Below are positions 36,683 through 47,368 of a stretch of 64,000 nucleotides of DNA, piece after piece. Both the position numbers and the translations under genes were made by a program. This DNA comes from Bacillota bacterium (lineage in GTDB: Bacteria; Bacillota; Dehalobacteriia; UBA4068). The stretch spans positions 271,642 to 335,641 of the forward strand of contig JAVBKT010000002.1 in NCBI GenBank assembly GCA_031553915.1, given 5' to 3'. The notes beneath the pieces are model-generated. The model saw only the letters and a program-made list of their open reading frames with translations, was not told where the DNA came from and made no database searches. Numbering within the stretch: position 1 is the stretch's first letter; the number at the start of each line of letters is the position of its first letter.

Positions 36683-36696
36683 ATTATACTTGTCGC

Positions 36697-37887
36697 TTAG
36701 ATATTAAAATATTTTTTAAGCACAGCTACTTTATCGGTTTGCTCCCAAGGCATATTAAGGGTATTGCAGCCAAAATGTCCATAGGTTGCTGTAGCCCGGT
36801 AAATGGGCCGGCGCAAATCAAAATTATCGATAATAGCCGACGGCCTGGCATCAAAAAGATCGGCAACAGCTGCACACAGCCGCTCATCCGCTACCCTGCC
36901 GGTGCCAAAGGTATCTATCATGACCGAAACCGGCTCAGCAACACCAATCGCATAGGCCAGCTGAATCTCTACTCTATCGGCCAGACCTGCCGCGACAATA
37001 TTTTTGGCCACATAACGGGCAAAATAGGAGGCACTGCGGTCAACCTTGGTCGGGTCTTTGCCGGAAAAAGCGCCGCCGCCATGCCGCGCCATGCCGCCAT
37101 AAGTATCGACAATAATTTTACGCCCGGTCAAGCCGGTATCCCCTTGCGGCCCGCCAATCACAAAACGTCCGGTGGGATTAATCAAATATCTGGTATCAGC
37201 GTCGATCAGCTCTTCGGGGATAGTGGATTTAATCACTCTTTCAATGACCATCTCCCGCAGCTCGGGCAAGGCAATTTTTTCTTTATGCTGGGTCGAGATT
37301 ACAACCGTATCTACTCTCACCGGTCGATTATTATCATCATACTCCACTGTCACCTGCGATTTGCCATCGGGGAGCAAGAACGAATCCTCGTCCTCCCGGC
37401 GGACTGCGGCCAGTTTTTTGGTCAATTTATGCGCCAGGCTAATCGGCAGCGGCATCAATTCTGCTGTCTCATTACAGGCATAGCCAAACATCATTCCCTG
37501 ATCTCCGGCGCCCAGCTGAGAGTAAATATCAGCGTCCCCTGCTTTTTTCTCCAGGGCTTTGTCCACACCCAGAGCAATATCTCCTGATTGCTCGTCAATG
37601 GCGGACATTACCGCGCAGGTATCGCAGTCAAAGCCATACTTAGCCCTGGTATAGCCGATATCGCGCACTGTTTTGCGGGCAATTTTCGGTATATCCACAT
37701 AACAGTCTGTGGTAATCTCCCCAGAGACAAAAATTAAACCGGTGGTGACAAAGGTCTCACAAGCCACCCGGCCATTGGCATCATCTTTGAGAATAGCGTC
37801 CAGAATCGCGTCAGAAATCTGATCAGCTATTTTGTCCGGGTGCCCCTCTGTGACTGATTCAGAAGTAAATAGTCTAGCCATACTCAT
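36697..37887 (-). CDS. metK: S-adenosylmethionine synthetase
   Basis: [26 protein letters not shown]. Confidence 0.98.
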   Translation of the reverse strand: MSMARLFTSESVTEGHPDKIADQISDAILDAILKDDANGRVACETFVTTGLIFVSGEITTDCYVDIPKIARKTVRDIGYTRAKYGFDCDTCAVMSAIDEQSGDIALGVDKALEKKAGDADIYSQLGAGDQGMMFGYACNETAELMPLPISLAHKLTKKLAAVRREDEDSFLLPDGKSQVTVEYDDNNRPVRVDTVVISTQHKEKIALPELREMVIERVIKSTIPEELIDADTRYLINPTGRFVIGGPQGDTGLTGRKIIVDTYGGMARHGGGAFSGKDPTKVDRSASYFARYVAKNIVAAGLADRVEIQLAYAIGVAEPVSVMIDTFGTGRVADERLCAAVADLFDARPSAIIDNFDLRRPIYRATATYGHFGCNTLNMPWEQTDKVAVLKKYFNI

Positions 37888-37921
37888 CCTCCTATGCTAA
37901 CGTACTTAAGCACGGTATTTG

Positions 37922-39106
37922 TTATATGAATTGGGAGATCAGCTCAATAATTTCTTTAGCTGCCTCTGTTTTGCTCATCAGCGCATATTTCTGTATTTTT
38001 TGCGCAGAAATCGCCGTGATAATATTGGTATCAACATCAAAACCCGCGCCTTCCTCGCTGATATCATTGGCGATGATCAGGTCCAGGTTTTTTTCTTGCA
38101 GTTTGCGCGTAGCATACTCATCTACATTCGTTGTTTCCGCGGCAAAACCAACTAATATCCGCGAGCCCTTATCTTTACCCAGTTGGGATAAAATATCCGG
38201 AGTACGCTTCAGGGTTAGGCTGAGCTGCTGCTCATTCTTCTTGATTTTCTCTGTTGCTGTTTGCTCAGGGCAGTAATCCGCCACTGCTGCTGTCATGATC
38301 ACAATATCCGTATCAGCATAGTCTGCGGCAATTGCCGCGGCCATTTCCGCGGCGCTGACCACCCTTTTCACCTTTATGCCGGGAGGGTCACTCAATGCTG
38401 TTGGCCCGGAGACCAGCACTACCTCGGCTCCGGCAGCCTTGGCTGCGGCTGCGATAGCATAGCCCATTTTGCCGCTGCTGCGGTTACCGATGAAACGTAT
38501 TGGGTCGATATATTCATAGGTTGGCCCGGCTGTGACAATAACCTTTTTACCGGCCAGCTTTTGTTTGCCAGCCAAAAACGCGCTTATCGCATCTTTGATG
38601 CTATCAAGATCCGCCAACCGGCCTTTGCCAACAGCGCCGCAGGCCAGATGGCCTGCATCAGGCTCAATCATCTGCCAGCCGCGCGCTTTCAGTATGGCCA
38701 TATTCTCCTGGGTGGCAGGGTTCTCATACATATCTGTATGCATAGCCGGGGCGCATAAAATAGGCGCCTTGGTTGCCAGCAGGATGGCGGAGACTATTTC
38801 ATCAGCTATCCCATGCGCTGCTTTGGCCATAATGTTTGCGGTGGCCGGGATCAGGAGCAATAAATCGCAGGCAGCCAAATCAATATGCGGCACATGCCAG
38901 GCAGCTCCGGCATCCATGATATCGGTTGCCACAGGATAGCGGGAGAGTGTTTTGATGGTGAGAGGCGTGATAATTTCGCAGGCGGATTTAGTCATTGCGA
39001 CCCGTACTTCCGCCCCGTTTTGGCTGAGCCAGCTGACCAGATCAGCAGCCTTATAAGCAGCAATACCGCCGGTTATCCCAACGGTAATTTTAACACCTCT
39101 AAACAT
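37922..39106 (-). CDS. coaBC: Phosphopantothenoylcysteine decarboxylase/ligase
   Basis: GGIAAYK, PAMH, TAGPT..IDPIR, SSGKMG. Confidence 0.97.
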   Translation of the reverse strand: MFRGVKITVGITGGIAAYKAADLVSWLSQNGAEVRVAMTKSACEIITPLTIKTLSRYPVATDIMDAGAAWHVPHIDLAACDLLLLIPATANIMAKAAHGIADEIVSAILLATKAPILCAPAMHTDMYENPATQENMAILKARGWQMIEPDAGHLACGAVGKGRLADLDSIKDAISAFLAGKQKLAGKKVIVTAGPTYEYIDPIRFIGNRSSGKMGYAIAAAAKAAGAEVVLVSGPTALSDPPGIKVKRVVSAAEMAAAIAADYADTDIVIMTAAVADYCPEQTATEKIKKNEQQLSLTLKRTPDILSQLGKDKGSRILVGFAAETTNVDEYATRKLQEKNLDLIIANDISEEGAGFDVDTNIITAISAQKIQKYALMSKTEAAKEIIELISQFI

Positions 39107-39138
39107 TTGTCTCCTCCGTCATACCGGGTTTATCTGTG

Positions 39139-39336
39139 TTAGCCTTCCGTGCTCCAGGTGATGTTGCCGTCAATAATGTCATTTAAGGCAATAGATACCG
39201 GGTTAAAGGTGGCAATATCCATCATTTCCGGATTATCATTAATCAAAGTACGCGCTCTTTTGGCAGCGACAATCACCAGGGTATATTTAGAATCAACATG
39301 ATCCATCAATTCTTTTAATAAAGGTTTATTAAGCAA
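39139..39336 (-). CDS. rpoZ: RNA polymerase omega subunit
   Basis: SKYTLVIVAAKRAR; position after gmk. Confidence 0.93.
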   Translation of the reverse strand: MLNKPLLKELMDHVDSKYTLVIVAAKRARTLINDNPEMMDIATFNPVSIALNDIIDGNITWSTEG

Positions 39337-39366
39337 GTGTGTCCTCCTTAAAATCCTCTTAATGCT

Positions 39367-39951
39367 TTAATCGATCTTCCTTTGCCCGCGCAAGCCCCGG
39401 ACAATAGTCATAATTTCCTCAGCAGCCTGCGTTATATCATTATTAATAACGATATACTGATACTGCTCGGCCAAGCCCATCTCATAGTGAGCCAAATCAA
39501 GACGTCTTTGCAAATCCGCGCCGGTTTCCGTACCGCGGCCGATAATACGTCTTTGCAGCTCCGCAAAATCCGGAGGAAGAATAAAGATTAAAACACCATG
39601 GGGGCAAGCAGACTTAACCTGCATTGCCCCTTGAGTGTCAATTTCTAATATTACGTTTTTTCCGGCAGCAAGCTGCGTAGCAACTGTGGCCTTTGGGGTG
39701 CCATAATAGTTGCCGAATACCTCAGCCCATTCCAGAAAGTCACCATTATCGCGTCTGCGAATAAATTCATCTTGATCGAGGAAAAAATAATTTTTTCCAT
39801 CGCTTTCCCCCTTGCGCGGAGGACGGGTAGTAGCTGAAACAGAATAAACAAAATCCTCGTCTCGAGCCAGCAATTCAGCACAAACTGTGCCCTTACCTAC
39901 CCCGGATGGACCAGAAATAATCAATAATACACCGGTATTCTCTTTGTGCAT
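39367..39951 (-). CDS. gmk: Guanylate kinase
   Basis: GPSGVGKGT, TTRPPR, YYGT. Confidence 0.97.
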   Translation of the reverse strand: MHKENTGVLLIISGPSGVGKGTVCAELLARDEDFVYSVSATTRPPRKGESDGKNYFFLDQDEFIRRRDNGDFLEWAEVFGNYYGTPKATVATQLAAGKNVILEIDTQGAMQVKSACPHGVLIFILPPDFAELQRRIIGRGTETGADLQRRLDLAHYEMGLAEQYQYIVINNDITQAAEEIMTIVRGLRGQRKID

Positions 39952-39971
39952 TACTTTTGTTCCCCCGGAAT

Positions 39972-40217
39972 TTACTTGTAAGCGTTAAAGCGACTACTGA
40001 TAGTCTCAGGCAAAAGCGCAGACAAAATAATGTGGTTGCTATCGGTGATAATAATAGCTCTGGTTCTTCTGCCACAGGTAGCATCAATCAGCATACCAGT
40101 TTCTTTGGCAGCGGCAATCATCCTCCTGCTGGGCGCAGATTCCGGCGCCACCACAGCGATAACTCTCGAACCGGCAACGATATTACCATAACCGATATTT
40201 ATTAGCGCATCAGGCAT
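39972..40217 (-). CDS. remA: RemA/DUF370 family regulator
   Basis: [20 protein letters not shown]. Confidence 0.93.
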   Translation of the reverse strand: MPDALINIGYGNIVAGSRVIAVVAPESAPSRRMIAAAKETGMLIDATCGRRTRAIIITDSNHIILSALLPETISSRFNAYK

Positions 40218-40250
40218 ATTTAACCTTGTCCCAAAATAACTAAAAAGTTA

Positions 40251-40559
40251 TTAGGAAAGCTTTTCTAAAAGCTGAGCTTTTTGTCTGCTGCCTAAGCCCT
40301 GAACACGACGGGCTTCATCAATGCCGATTTCTTCCATCAGTTTAAGAGCGGTAATTTTACCGATCTGAGGAAGGCTTTCCAGCAGATATTTGACTCTCAT
40401 TTTAGCATAAACCTCATTGTCCTTTTCGTTGAGGACTTTTTCGAGTGAAAGTTTGCCAGCTTTAAGCTGTTTGCGAACTTCCATACGCTCAGAGCGGATT
40501 TTCTGAGCCTTTGCTAATGCTTTGCTTCTTTCTTCCGGGGACAGTTTTGGTATAGCCAT
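40251..40559 (-). CDS. mihF: Integration host factor, actinobacterial type (mIHF/sIHF; H2TH fold)
   Basis: KMRVKYLLESLPQIGK and RRVQGLGSRQ match the mIHF consensus (KMKVSALLESLPGVGK...RRLRGLGxNQ). Confidence 0.85.
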   Translation of the reverse strand: MAIPKLSPEERSKALAKAQKIRSERMEVRKQLKAGKLSLEKVLNEKDNEVYAKMRVKYLLESLPQIGKITALKLMEEIGIDEARRVQGLGSRQKAQLLEKLS

Positions 40560-40577
40560 AAGACACCTCCATAAAAT

Positions 40578-41456
40578 TTATTCTACATTTTGTACTTGCT
40601 CTTTGATTCTTTCAAGCTCATTCTTTATATCAATAACTAAATTATTGATTTCGAGATTATTGGACTTCGACCCAATGGTATTGCTTTCCCGGAGCATTTC
40701 CTGAAGGATAAAATCAAGCTTCCTGCCTACAGGCTCCGGCTTGTCCAGATTAGACTTAAATTGCTCAATATGGCTTTGCAGGCGGGTCAGTTCTTCATTG
40801 ATATCAACCTTGTCGGCAAAGAAGGCCAGCTCATTAGCCAAACGCGCCTGGTCAAGCTCCACATCTCCCAGCAAAACGCTGAGGCGCTGTTCCAGCCTTA
40901 GCTTTTGTTCTTCTACCACTATGGCAGAAAAATCAGCGATCTTGGTGAGGTTCTGGTTGATGATCGTCAAATGGCTGAGCATATCATTGGCCAAAGCCAG
41001 GCCTTCGGTGATACGCATTTCGACGATGCCATCTAATGCATCTTCGATTGCTCCGGCCAGCAAAGCTGCAATCTGCTCTTGATCCGCATCTTCGCTCTCC
41101 AAGGAAAATATTCCCGAAAAACCGGCGAGCGTATCCAAAGTAACATCTGCGGCAATATGGCAGGCTTCTGCAATCTCTTGTACTGCCTTATAATACGATA
41201 TAGCAAGCGCTTTGTCAACCTTTAGCGCTATTTTTCTTTCCCCGATTTGCTCAAAAGTGATAAAAACATCAATTTTACCCCGCAAAAGGCGGCGCGCTAT
41301 CTGCTTTTTTAGCGAATCTTCGAGCATATTCAGCTGCTTGGGCAGGCGCACATATATTTCACAAAAACGGTGATTAACCGCTTTTAGCTCGACCGTTAGC
41401 GAATATTCTTCATTTTCGGCGATAGCTCTGCCAAAGCCTGTCATGCTTTTGATCAA
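40578..41456 (-). CDS. yloC: YicC/YloC family endoribonuclease
   Basis: MIKSMTGFG, NHRF, GRKLDF..QE..RE.NTIGSK, KEQVQNVE. Confidence 0.96.
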   Translation of the reverse strand: MIKSMTGFGRAIAENEEYSLTVELKAVNHRFCEIYVRLPKQLNMLEDSLKKQIARRLLRGKIDVFITFEQIGERKIALKVDKALAISYYKAVQEIAEACHIAADVTLDTLAGFSGIFSLESEDADQEQIAALLAGAIEDALDGIVEMRITEGLALANDMLSHLTIINQNLTKIADFSAIVVEEQKLRLEQRLSVLLGDVELDQARLANELAFFADKVDINEELTRLQSHIEQFKSNLDKPEPVGRKLDFILQEMLRESNTIGSKSNNLEINNLVIDIKNELERIKEQVQNVE

Positions 41457-41581
41457 TGAACTGCCCTCTTCTTGTGACGTAATATTATCATTTCTGCGTT
41501 ATGCAGGCAAATCCTTTTTTTTTAATCATTTTCCTTGACTTTTTCACGGCCACAGGGTAATTTTAAAATGAGGTAATAAAT

Positions 41582-43324
41582 ATGCCATATGATTCTTTGG
41601 TCCTGCGTGCAGCTATTGATGAGCTGCAATCGCAGCTGATCAATGCCAAAATCAATAAAGTTCATCAACCGGACGAGCGTACCGTTATTCTGCGCTATTA
41701 CAGCAAAGACGGCAACGGCCGTCTGATTATTTGCGCGCATCCGCAAAATGGTCGCCTGCATAAAACCAAGAGCAATCCGGAGAACCCGGCTAAAGCGCCC
41801 CTGTTTGTGATGGTGCTGCGCAAATGGCTGGAAGGCTCGCGCATTACTAAAATAGAAGCTGTGGAAGACGAACGGATAGCAAACATCTACTTTGCCGCGC
41901 ATAATGATTTAGGCGATAGTGTTGAACTGCGCCTGGTAATAGAAATCATGGGCAAGCACAGCAATATTATTCTGGTTGACAGCGAGGGGATTATCCTTGA
42001 CGGCATCCGCCGCTATGGTTCCGCCCTTTCCCGCTATCGCGAGGTGCTGCCCGGCAAAGCATATCTTTCGCCGCCGCCAATAGCTAAGATGGGCTTTGTG
42101 CCCGCGAGCGAGGCTGCTCTGGCTGAGGTGCTCTATAGCAGCGAAAGCGCTATAGACGCGGCGCTGCAGCAAAAGCTCAAAGGCATCTCCCCTATTCTGG
42201 CAAAAAATATTCCCCTGTGGGCCGGCATCTCGCCGGATATCAGCTGCGATAGTCTGGGCAGCTATGAGATCAGTTGCCTTTATCAACAGCTGCAAAGGCT
42301 CAACCAAGCCCGCCAAAATCAGGCCTATCAGCCAACCCTCTTGCTGGAAAAAGGACGGATCAAAGATTATTATGCCTGGGACCTGCCTGGCTGGGACGAG
42401 ACGAAAAAGCAAGCCTGCGCATCAATAAATGAAGCTATCGACGCTTTTTTCATCGAGAAAGAACAAGAGCAGGCTTTTGCTAAACGGCAAAACATCATTG
42501 CCAAATCCCTACGTCAGCATAAAAACCGTTTGCAGAAAAAGATCCGCATTGAAGAGGCTGATTTGGCTAATTGCGAGGCAGCGGCAAAATATAAAGATGC
42601 CGGTGATTTGCTTTCCGCCAATCTCTACTATCTGCAAAAAGGCATGGCCAGTATTGAATTGCCCTCCTTTTTTGCCGAGAATGAACTAATAACGATTGCG
42701 CTGGACCCGGCCAAAAGCCCGCAGGAAAATATCAAGCACTATTATAAACGCTATAGCAAGGCCAAAAATGCGCGCCAGCTCATCGAAGAACAGCTGGAAC
42801 GCAATGTGCAGGAGCTCGATTATTTGCTCTCTATTGAGCAGTCGCTGGAGGACAGCTTGGAGATGGCTGATTTGGATATTATTGAGAGCGAGGCGGCGCG
42901 GGCCGGCTTTTATCAGCATAAATCGCCAGCCAAGAAAAAGAATGCTCCCGACGCCACTCAATTGCCGCCCCGGAAATATCTGTCAGAAGACGGCTTCACC
43001 ATTTTAATTGGCCGCAACAACAAACAAAATGACCGCCTCAGCCTGAAAACAGCCCATGGGGACGACATTTGGCTGCATACGCAGAAAATACCTGGAGCGC
43101 ATACTTTAATCGTCGCAAATGGCCGCAAAATCCCGCCTGATACTATCGCAGAGGCTGCCGCCTATGCCGCCTGGTTTTCCAAGGCGCGGCAAAGCGGCAA
43201 AACAGCTGTTGATTATACTTTTGCCAAAAATATTCATAAACCCAATGGCTCTGTCCCCGGTTATGTTATCTATGGCGGACAGGAAACAATATATACTGAA
43301 CCAAAAAACCCGGATGAAAAATAA
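41582..43324 (+). CDS. rqcH: NFACT/RqcH (FbpA) ribosome quality-control factor
   Basis: NFACT-N (EIMGKHSNIIL), coiled coil, NFACT-R (GRNNKQND, WLHTQKIPGAH); divergent from yloC as in Bacillus. Confidence 0.95.
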   Translation: MPYDSLVLRAAIDELQSQLINAKINKVHQPDERTVILRYYSKDGNGRLIICAHPQNGRLHKTKSNPENPAKAPLFVMVLRKWLEGSRITKIEAVEDERIANIYFAAHNDLGDSVELRLVIEIMGKHSNIILVDSEGIILDGIRRYGSALSRYREVLPGKAYLSPPPIAKMGFVPASEAALAEVLYSSESAIDAALQQKLKGISPILAKNIPLWAGISPDISCDSLGSYEISCLYQQLQRLNQARQNQAYQPTLLLEKGRIKDYYAWDLPGWDETKKQACASINEAIDAFFIEKEQEQAFAKRQNIIAKSLRQHKNRLQKKIRIEEADLANCEAAAKYKDAGDLLSANLYYLQKGMASIELPSFFAENELITIALDPAKSPQENIKHYYKRYSKAKNARQLIEEQLERNVQELDYLLSIEQSLEDSLEMADLDIIESEAARAGFYQHKSPAKKKNAPDATQLPPRKYLSEDGFTILIGRNNKQNDRLSLKTAHGDDIWLHTQKIPGAHTLIVANGRKIPPDTIAEAAAYAAWFSKARQSGKTAVDYTFAKNIHKPNGSVPGYVIYGGQETIYTEPKNPDEK

Positions 43325-43338
43325 TTCATCCGGGTTTT
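43305..43338. terminator. Bidirectional terminator
   Basis: AAAACCCGGATGAA/TTCATCCGGGTTTT. Confidence 0.75.
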
Positions 43339-43364
43339 CTTTGGCTCATCATCAGCTCCGTTTA

Positions 43365-44993
43365 TTACAGCGCTTCCGCGTTATTTAGGTTTGCGTCTAT
43401 GGCGTCGCTCTCATTAAGCTTAATCACTACTGTGCCGTCAGCATTCTCCTGGATATGATAATAATCATCGCGCCAGGAGCCAACAGAAATTTTCAGCAGC
43501 ACATCTTCGCCATCCTGCTCAGCATAATAATCAGAGATCCGTGAGTCTTCCGAATAAGCATATGGCTCAATGCTCTCACCCAAAACAGTGTTTTTCAGGC
43601 GCAATTCGCCGGTGTTCCAGTTGGTGTCAAAGTGGGCTTCAATATAGGGAAAAAGCTTGTTGTTATCATCATTACCGCTGCCAGCAAAAGTCAATTGCAG
43701 CCCATTGGCATTAAAATCAATTGAGCTCAGCGTGGCGGCAATATCATAACCGGTGGTGGTATCAACAGACAGCGCCTGATAATCAGAAAGCACCACCTCA
43801 GCAAAGCTGCCTCCCGCATAGGTGTAGGCATATTTGCTAAGGAAGCCGCGGTAGCCGTTATCGCCAAGCTTAACGCCTGTGACCACAAAGTAATCATTAG
43901 AAACCGCCTCATATGCCGCCGCTTCATGCACCTTGGTAATCGGGCGTAAATCACCATTTTGCAGCAGATAATAATAGATCGCGCCATCATCAATCAAAGC
44001 AAAATTCATCTTCACATCAATGGTGGCTGCGCTAATGCCCAAATATGGCAAATAGGCTTTAATGCTTTCCTCTGTAAAATTGCCCTGCAATTGCTCAGCG
44101 GCGGCAATAAAGGCCTCATCTACCACCATAATCTGAAAAATGGCATATCTCGTCGGCTGCGCTTGTTCATTCCAGGCCAAGTCCACGCGTATATCATTTT
44201 TGCCGGCTTTTTCATAATCATAGTTAATAATGCTGCTCATCGGACGCAGCCCGCCCTCCCTTGGCTGCAAAGCAGCCAGAGAAATCTCATCGCCGTTAAG
44301 CATTTTATCGCGCAGCACAAAGCGCGCTTGCTGCCTGCTACCCAAAGACAGCATCAGGCTATCCTTGGATGATGGAGAGGCATTGACCCCGTCCGAGGCA
44401 GCATCCGCCTCTACCAAGGTAAACTCTCCCCTATTGCCGTCAGCAGTCAAGAGGCTATAGGTGTATTCAACCTGCATGCCGCCGACAGCTGAAGTGTCCA
44501 AGAGAGCTATTAACTCCGCCAGCTTATCCTGGTCTTTAATCATATAGACCAAGGCGGTATTAGCCTGCTGCAAATCATCGCTATAGCCGTACCGTTGCCG
44601 CGCCGGAACCTCGTTGCCATATTCATACCAGGCAGCTTGCTGATTAGTGTCAAGATAAATCGCTACGCCGCTGCCGGAGAAAAGCAGGCGGTGGGTGGCA
44701 GTGGTAGTAATATTCTCATCTGCGGCCAGCGGTTTTTGGGCGCAATTAGTCTGCCCCAGCAGCTTGATGACGGCATTAATCGTCTCCGGGTCATCTATTC
44801 TTGCGGCAAAATGCTCGCCGTAGAGCGCATCCTCATCATGATAAACAACAGACTGCGTACGCACCAGCAAGGTGTCCAAAGAATGCCCGCTTGGCGAGGA
44901 CAGATCGGGCTGATTGCCAAAAATCAAAATACATGCCAGGGCAATCAGACATATCGCAATAATCAATAAAATTAGTTGGTTTCTCAGCCTCAT
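43365..44993 (-). CDS. Membrane-anchored extracellular protein, unknown function
   Basis: N-terminal TM; acidic multi-domain body; C-terminal domain resembles that of 14679-15596. Confidence 0.8.
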   Translation of the reverse strand: MRLRNQLILLIIAICLIALACILIFGNQPDLSSPSGHSLDTLLVRTQSVVYHDEDALYGEHFAARIDDPETINAVIKLLGQTNCAQKPLAADENITTTATHRLLFSGSGVAIYLDTNQQAAWYEYGNEVPARQRYGYSDDLQQANTALVYMIKDQDKLAELIALLDTSAVGGMQVEYTYSLLTADGNRGEFTLVEADAASDGVNASPSSKDSLMLSLGSRQQARFVLRDKMLNGDEISLAALQPREGGLRPMSSIINYDYEKAGKNDIRVDLAWNEQAQPTRYAIFQIMVVDEAFIAAAEQLQGNFTEESIKAYLPYLGISAATIDVKMNFALIDDGAIYYYLLQNGDLRPITKVHEAAAYEAVSNDYFVVTGVKLGDNGYRGFLSKYAYTYAGGSFAEVVLSDYQALSVDTTTGYDIAATLSSIDFNANGLQLTFAGSGNDDNNKLFPYIEAHFDTNWNTGELRLKNTVLGESIEPYAYSEDSRISDYYAEQDGEDVLLKISVGSWRDDYYHIQENADGTVVIKLNESDAIDANLNNAEAL

Positions 44994-45230
44994 TGAGCTT
45001 CTTCCTCTTATATCGTTTTTAGTTATCTTTTAGTGGGTGTTGTTTGCCAATCATTTGTGCCGGGGAAATCCCGGCTATCTGCACGATAGGGCAATTTTCA
45101 TATACTAAATATAGTATCAAAGAAAAGCGCTTATTACAAGCACCTGTTAGTATTTGTCAATAAATCATCTGCCTCCGCCATCATATAGCTTGCGGTGAAA
45201 AGATCAAAAATATGTACCAACGCTTTTATT

Positions 45231-46523
45231 TCAGCGGATAATTTCTTGAATAAGCAAGCCCGCCTCCGCGGCTTGATCGCTGATCGTTATGGCCGGCTCA
45301 AGCAGAGCGGCAGTGGCCTGATACTGCTGATCAGTAGCGCAATGGATTGTAGCGATAGTCTCTCCCTGTTGCAGATAAGCGCCGACTTTTGCCTGAAAAA
45401 CCAGTCCGGCAGAGGGGTCTATCGCATCCTCTTGTCTTATTCTACCCGCGCCTGTTTGCCGGGCAGCCAGGCCAATCTTCTCCGCGTCAATATGGCTGAT
45501 AAAACCGCTTCGTTGCGCGGCAAAGGGCAAAACCAGCTCTGCCTTAGGCAAATGGGAGAAATCACTGTCCCCGTGCTGGGCTTCAATCATTTCTACAAAT
45601 TTGGCATAGGCTGCGCCGCTGTCGAGGATTTTTGCGGCCAGAGCCAGCGCTGCTTCCTCATCTGTGGCCAAGTTTGCCAAAGATAACATTTCCGCGGCAA
45701 CAGCAAGCGAGATTTCGCGCAAATCAGCAGGCCCATGCCCCTGCAACACCGCAACCGCTTCGGCGACTTCCAAGGCATTGCCAACAGCCCATCCCAAAGG
45801 CTGCTCCATTGATGTCAACAATGCGGAGCAGCGCATCTGATATTGCCCGGCAATTTCTATCATCAGCTGAGCCAGTTCTTTGGCTTGTTTTTGACTATGT
45901 ATCACCGCGCCGCTGTCATACTTAACATCAAGCACCAAAACATCGGCCCGGGTAGCAACTTTTTTGCTCATAATGCTGGCGGCAAGCAAAGGAATGCTGT
46001 CCACGGTGGCGGTGACATCACGCAGGGCATAGAGCTTTTGGTCCGCCGGAACCAATTCCGCGCTTGGGCTGGCAATAGCTATGCCGTGACGCCTGACCAA
46101 CAGCTTAAATTGTTCTATGGAGAGCTGGCTTTGAAACCTAGCTATGGCCTCGAGCTTATCAATGGTGCCGCCGGTATGCCCCAGGCCGCGGCCGCTCATT
46201 TTGACCACCTTTAAGCCTGCTGCCGCAACAATCGGCATAGCGATGAGCGTTGTTTTATCGCCAACGCCACCGGTAGAATGCTTATCAACGGTGATGCCGC
46301 CAATATCGCCAAAATCGATCTTGTCGCTAAATGCAAGCATCTGGCGCACTAAAGCAAAGGTTTCCTGCTTGCTCAAACCATTGAGACGTATTGCCATCAG
46401 CATGGCCGCGCTTTGATAATCGGGAATGCTGCCAACAACGCAGCCCTCAATCCACTGCGCCAGCTCCGCCTCGCTCAGCTCGCAGTTGTCCCGCTTTTTG
46501 GCGATAATATCATACATACCCAT
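45231..46523 (-). CDS. pdp: Pyrimidine-nucleoside phosphorylase
   Basis: DKHSTGGVGDK, KMSGRGLGHTGGT, LYALRDVT. Confidence 0.97.
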   Translation of the reverse strand: MGMYDIIAKKRDNCELSEAELAQWIEGCVVGSIPDYQSAAMLMAIRLNGLSKQETFALVRQMLAFSDKIDFGDIGGITVDKHSTGGVGDKTTLIAMPIVAAAGLKVVKMSGRGLGHTGGTIDKLEAIARFQSQLSIEQFKLLVRRHGIAIASPSAELVPADQKLYALRDVTATVDSIPLLAASIMSKKVATRADVLVLDVKYDSGAVIHSQKQAKELAQLMIEIAGQYQMRCSALLTSMEQPLGWAVGNALEVAEAVAVLQGHGPADLREISLAVAAEMLSLANLATDEEAALALAAKILDSGAAYAKFVEMIEAQHGDSDFSHLPKAELVLPFAAQRSGFISHIDAEKIGLAARQTGAGRIRQEDAIDPSAGLVFQAKVGAYLQQGETIATIHCATDQQYQATAALLEPAITISDQAAEAGLLIQEIIR

Positions 46524-46537
46524 CAGCTATACCCTCA

Positions 46538-47368
46538 TCATATCCTCATCATAATCTCTGCGATCAAAGCGGAAAAACGCTGCTCGACCATTTTTCCTGT
46601 TGCGGTAACCTCTTCATGGGTAAGCGGCTGCTTACTGAGGCCTGCGGCCAGATTAGTAATGCAGGAAATAGCTAACAAGCGCAGGTCCATCTGTCTGGCA
46701 GCTATCGCTTCCGGAACAGTTGACATGCCCACCGCGTCGGCGCCGAGCAGACGCAGCATCTTGATCTCCGCCGGGGTTTCAAAGGCCGGACCAGAGAGCC
46801 CGCAATAGACGCCTTTTTGCAGCGCAAATCCCAGCTTTATGGCTGCCTGCTCAGCGATCTCCGCATATTCTTGATCATATACCGCGCTCATATCCGGAAA
46901 ACGCGGCCCCCATTCAGGCGCGTTCTCTCCCCTAAGAGGACTATAACCGGTAAAATTAATATGGTCGCTGATCAACATCAGGTCTCCCGGCGCAAAAGCG
47001 CTGTTGATACCGCCTGCCGCATTGGTCAAAAGCAGGCTGCGGCAGCCCAGCTTAGCCAAAACCCGTATTGGCAGTATCACCGTATGCGGAGTATGACCCT
47101 CATAATAATGAAAACGCCCGCTCAATACATATACCTGCTTGCTGCCAATTTTCCCTGAGAGCAATGTACCGCTGTGGCCGAGAACTGTCGGTAGCGGAAA
47201 ATGCGGAATATCCGCATAATCAATTGTCACCGCGCCGCTCAGATTATCCGCTAAGGCGCCTAAGCCGGAGCCAAGGACAATGGCGATATCCGCCGGCGGT
47301 AAGACTGCGGATATCGCCTGCGCCGCTTCCTCAATTATACGCAATTCTTTTAATAAGGATTCGCTCAT
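46538..47368 (-). CDS. punA: Purine-nucleoside phosphorylase
   Basis: LGSGLG, GRFHYYEG, FETPAE, GMSTVPE. Confidence 0.96.
   Translation of the reverse strand: MSESLLKELRIIEEAAQAISAVLPPADIAIVLGSGLGALADNLSGAVTIDYADIPHFPLPTVLGHSGTLLSGKIGSKQVYVLSGRFHYYEGHTPHTVILPIRVLAKLGCRSLLLTNAAGGINSAFAPGDLMLISDHINFTGYSPLRGENAPEWGPRFPDMSAVYDQEYAEIAEQAAIKLGFALQKGVYCGLSGPAFETPAEIKMLRLLGADAVGMSTVPEAIAARQMDLRLLAISCITNLAAGLSKQPLTHEEVTATGKMVEQRFSALIAEIMMRI

Noticed and set aside
37888-37921. SAM riboswitch for metK
   Set aside because: metK follows coaBC after 34 nt, leaving no room.
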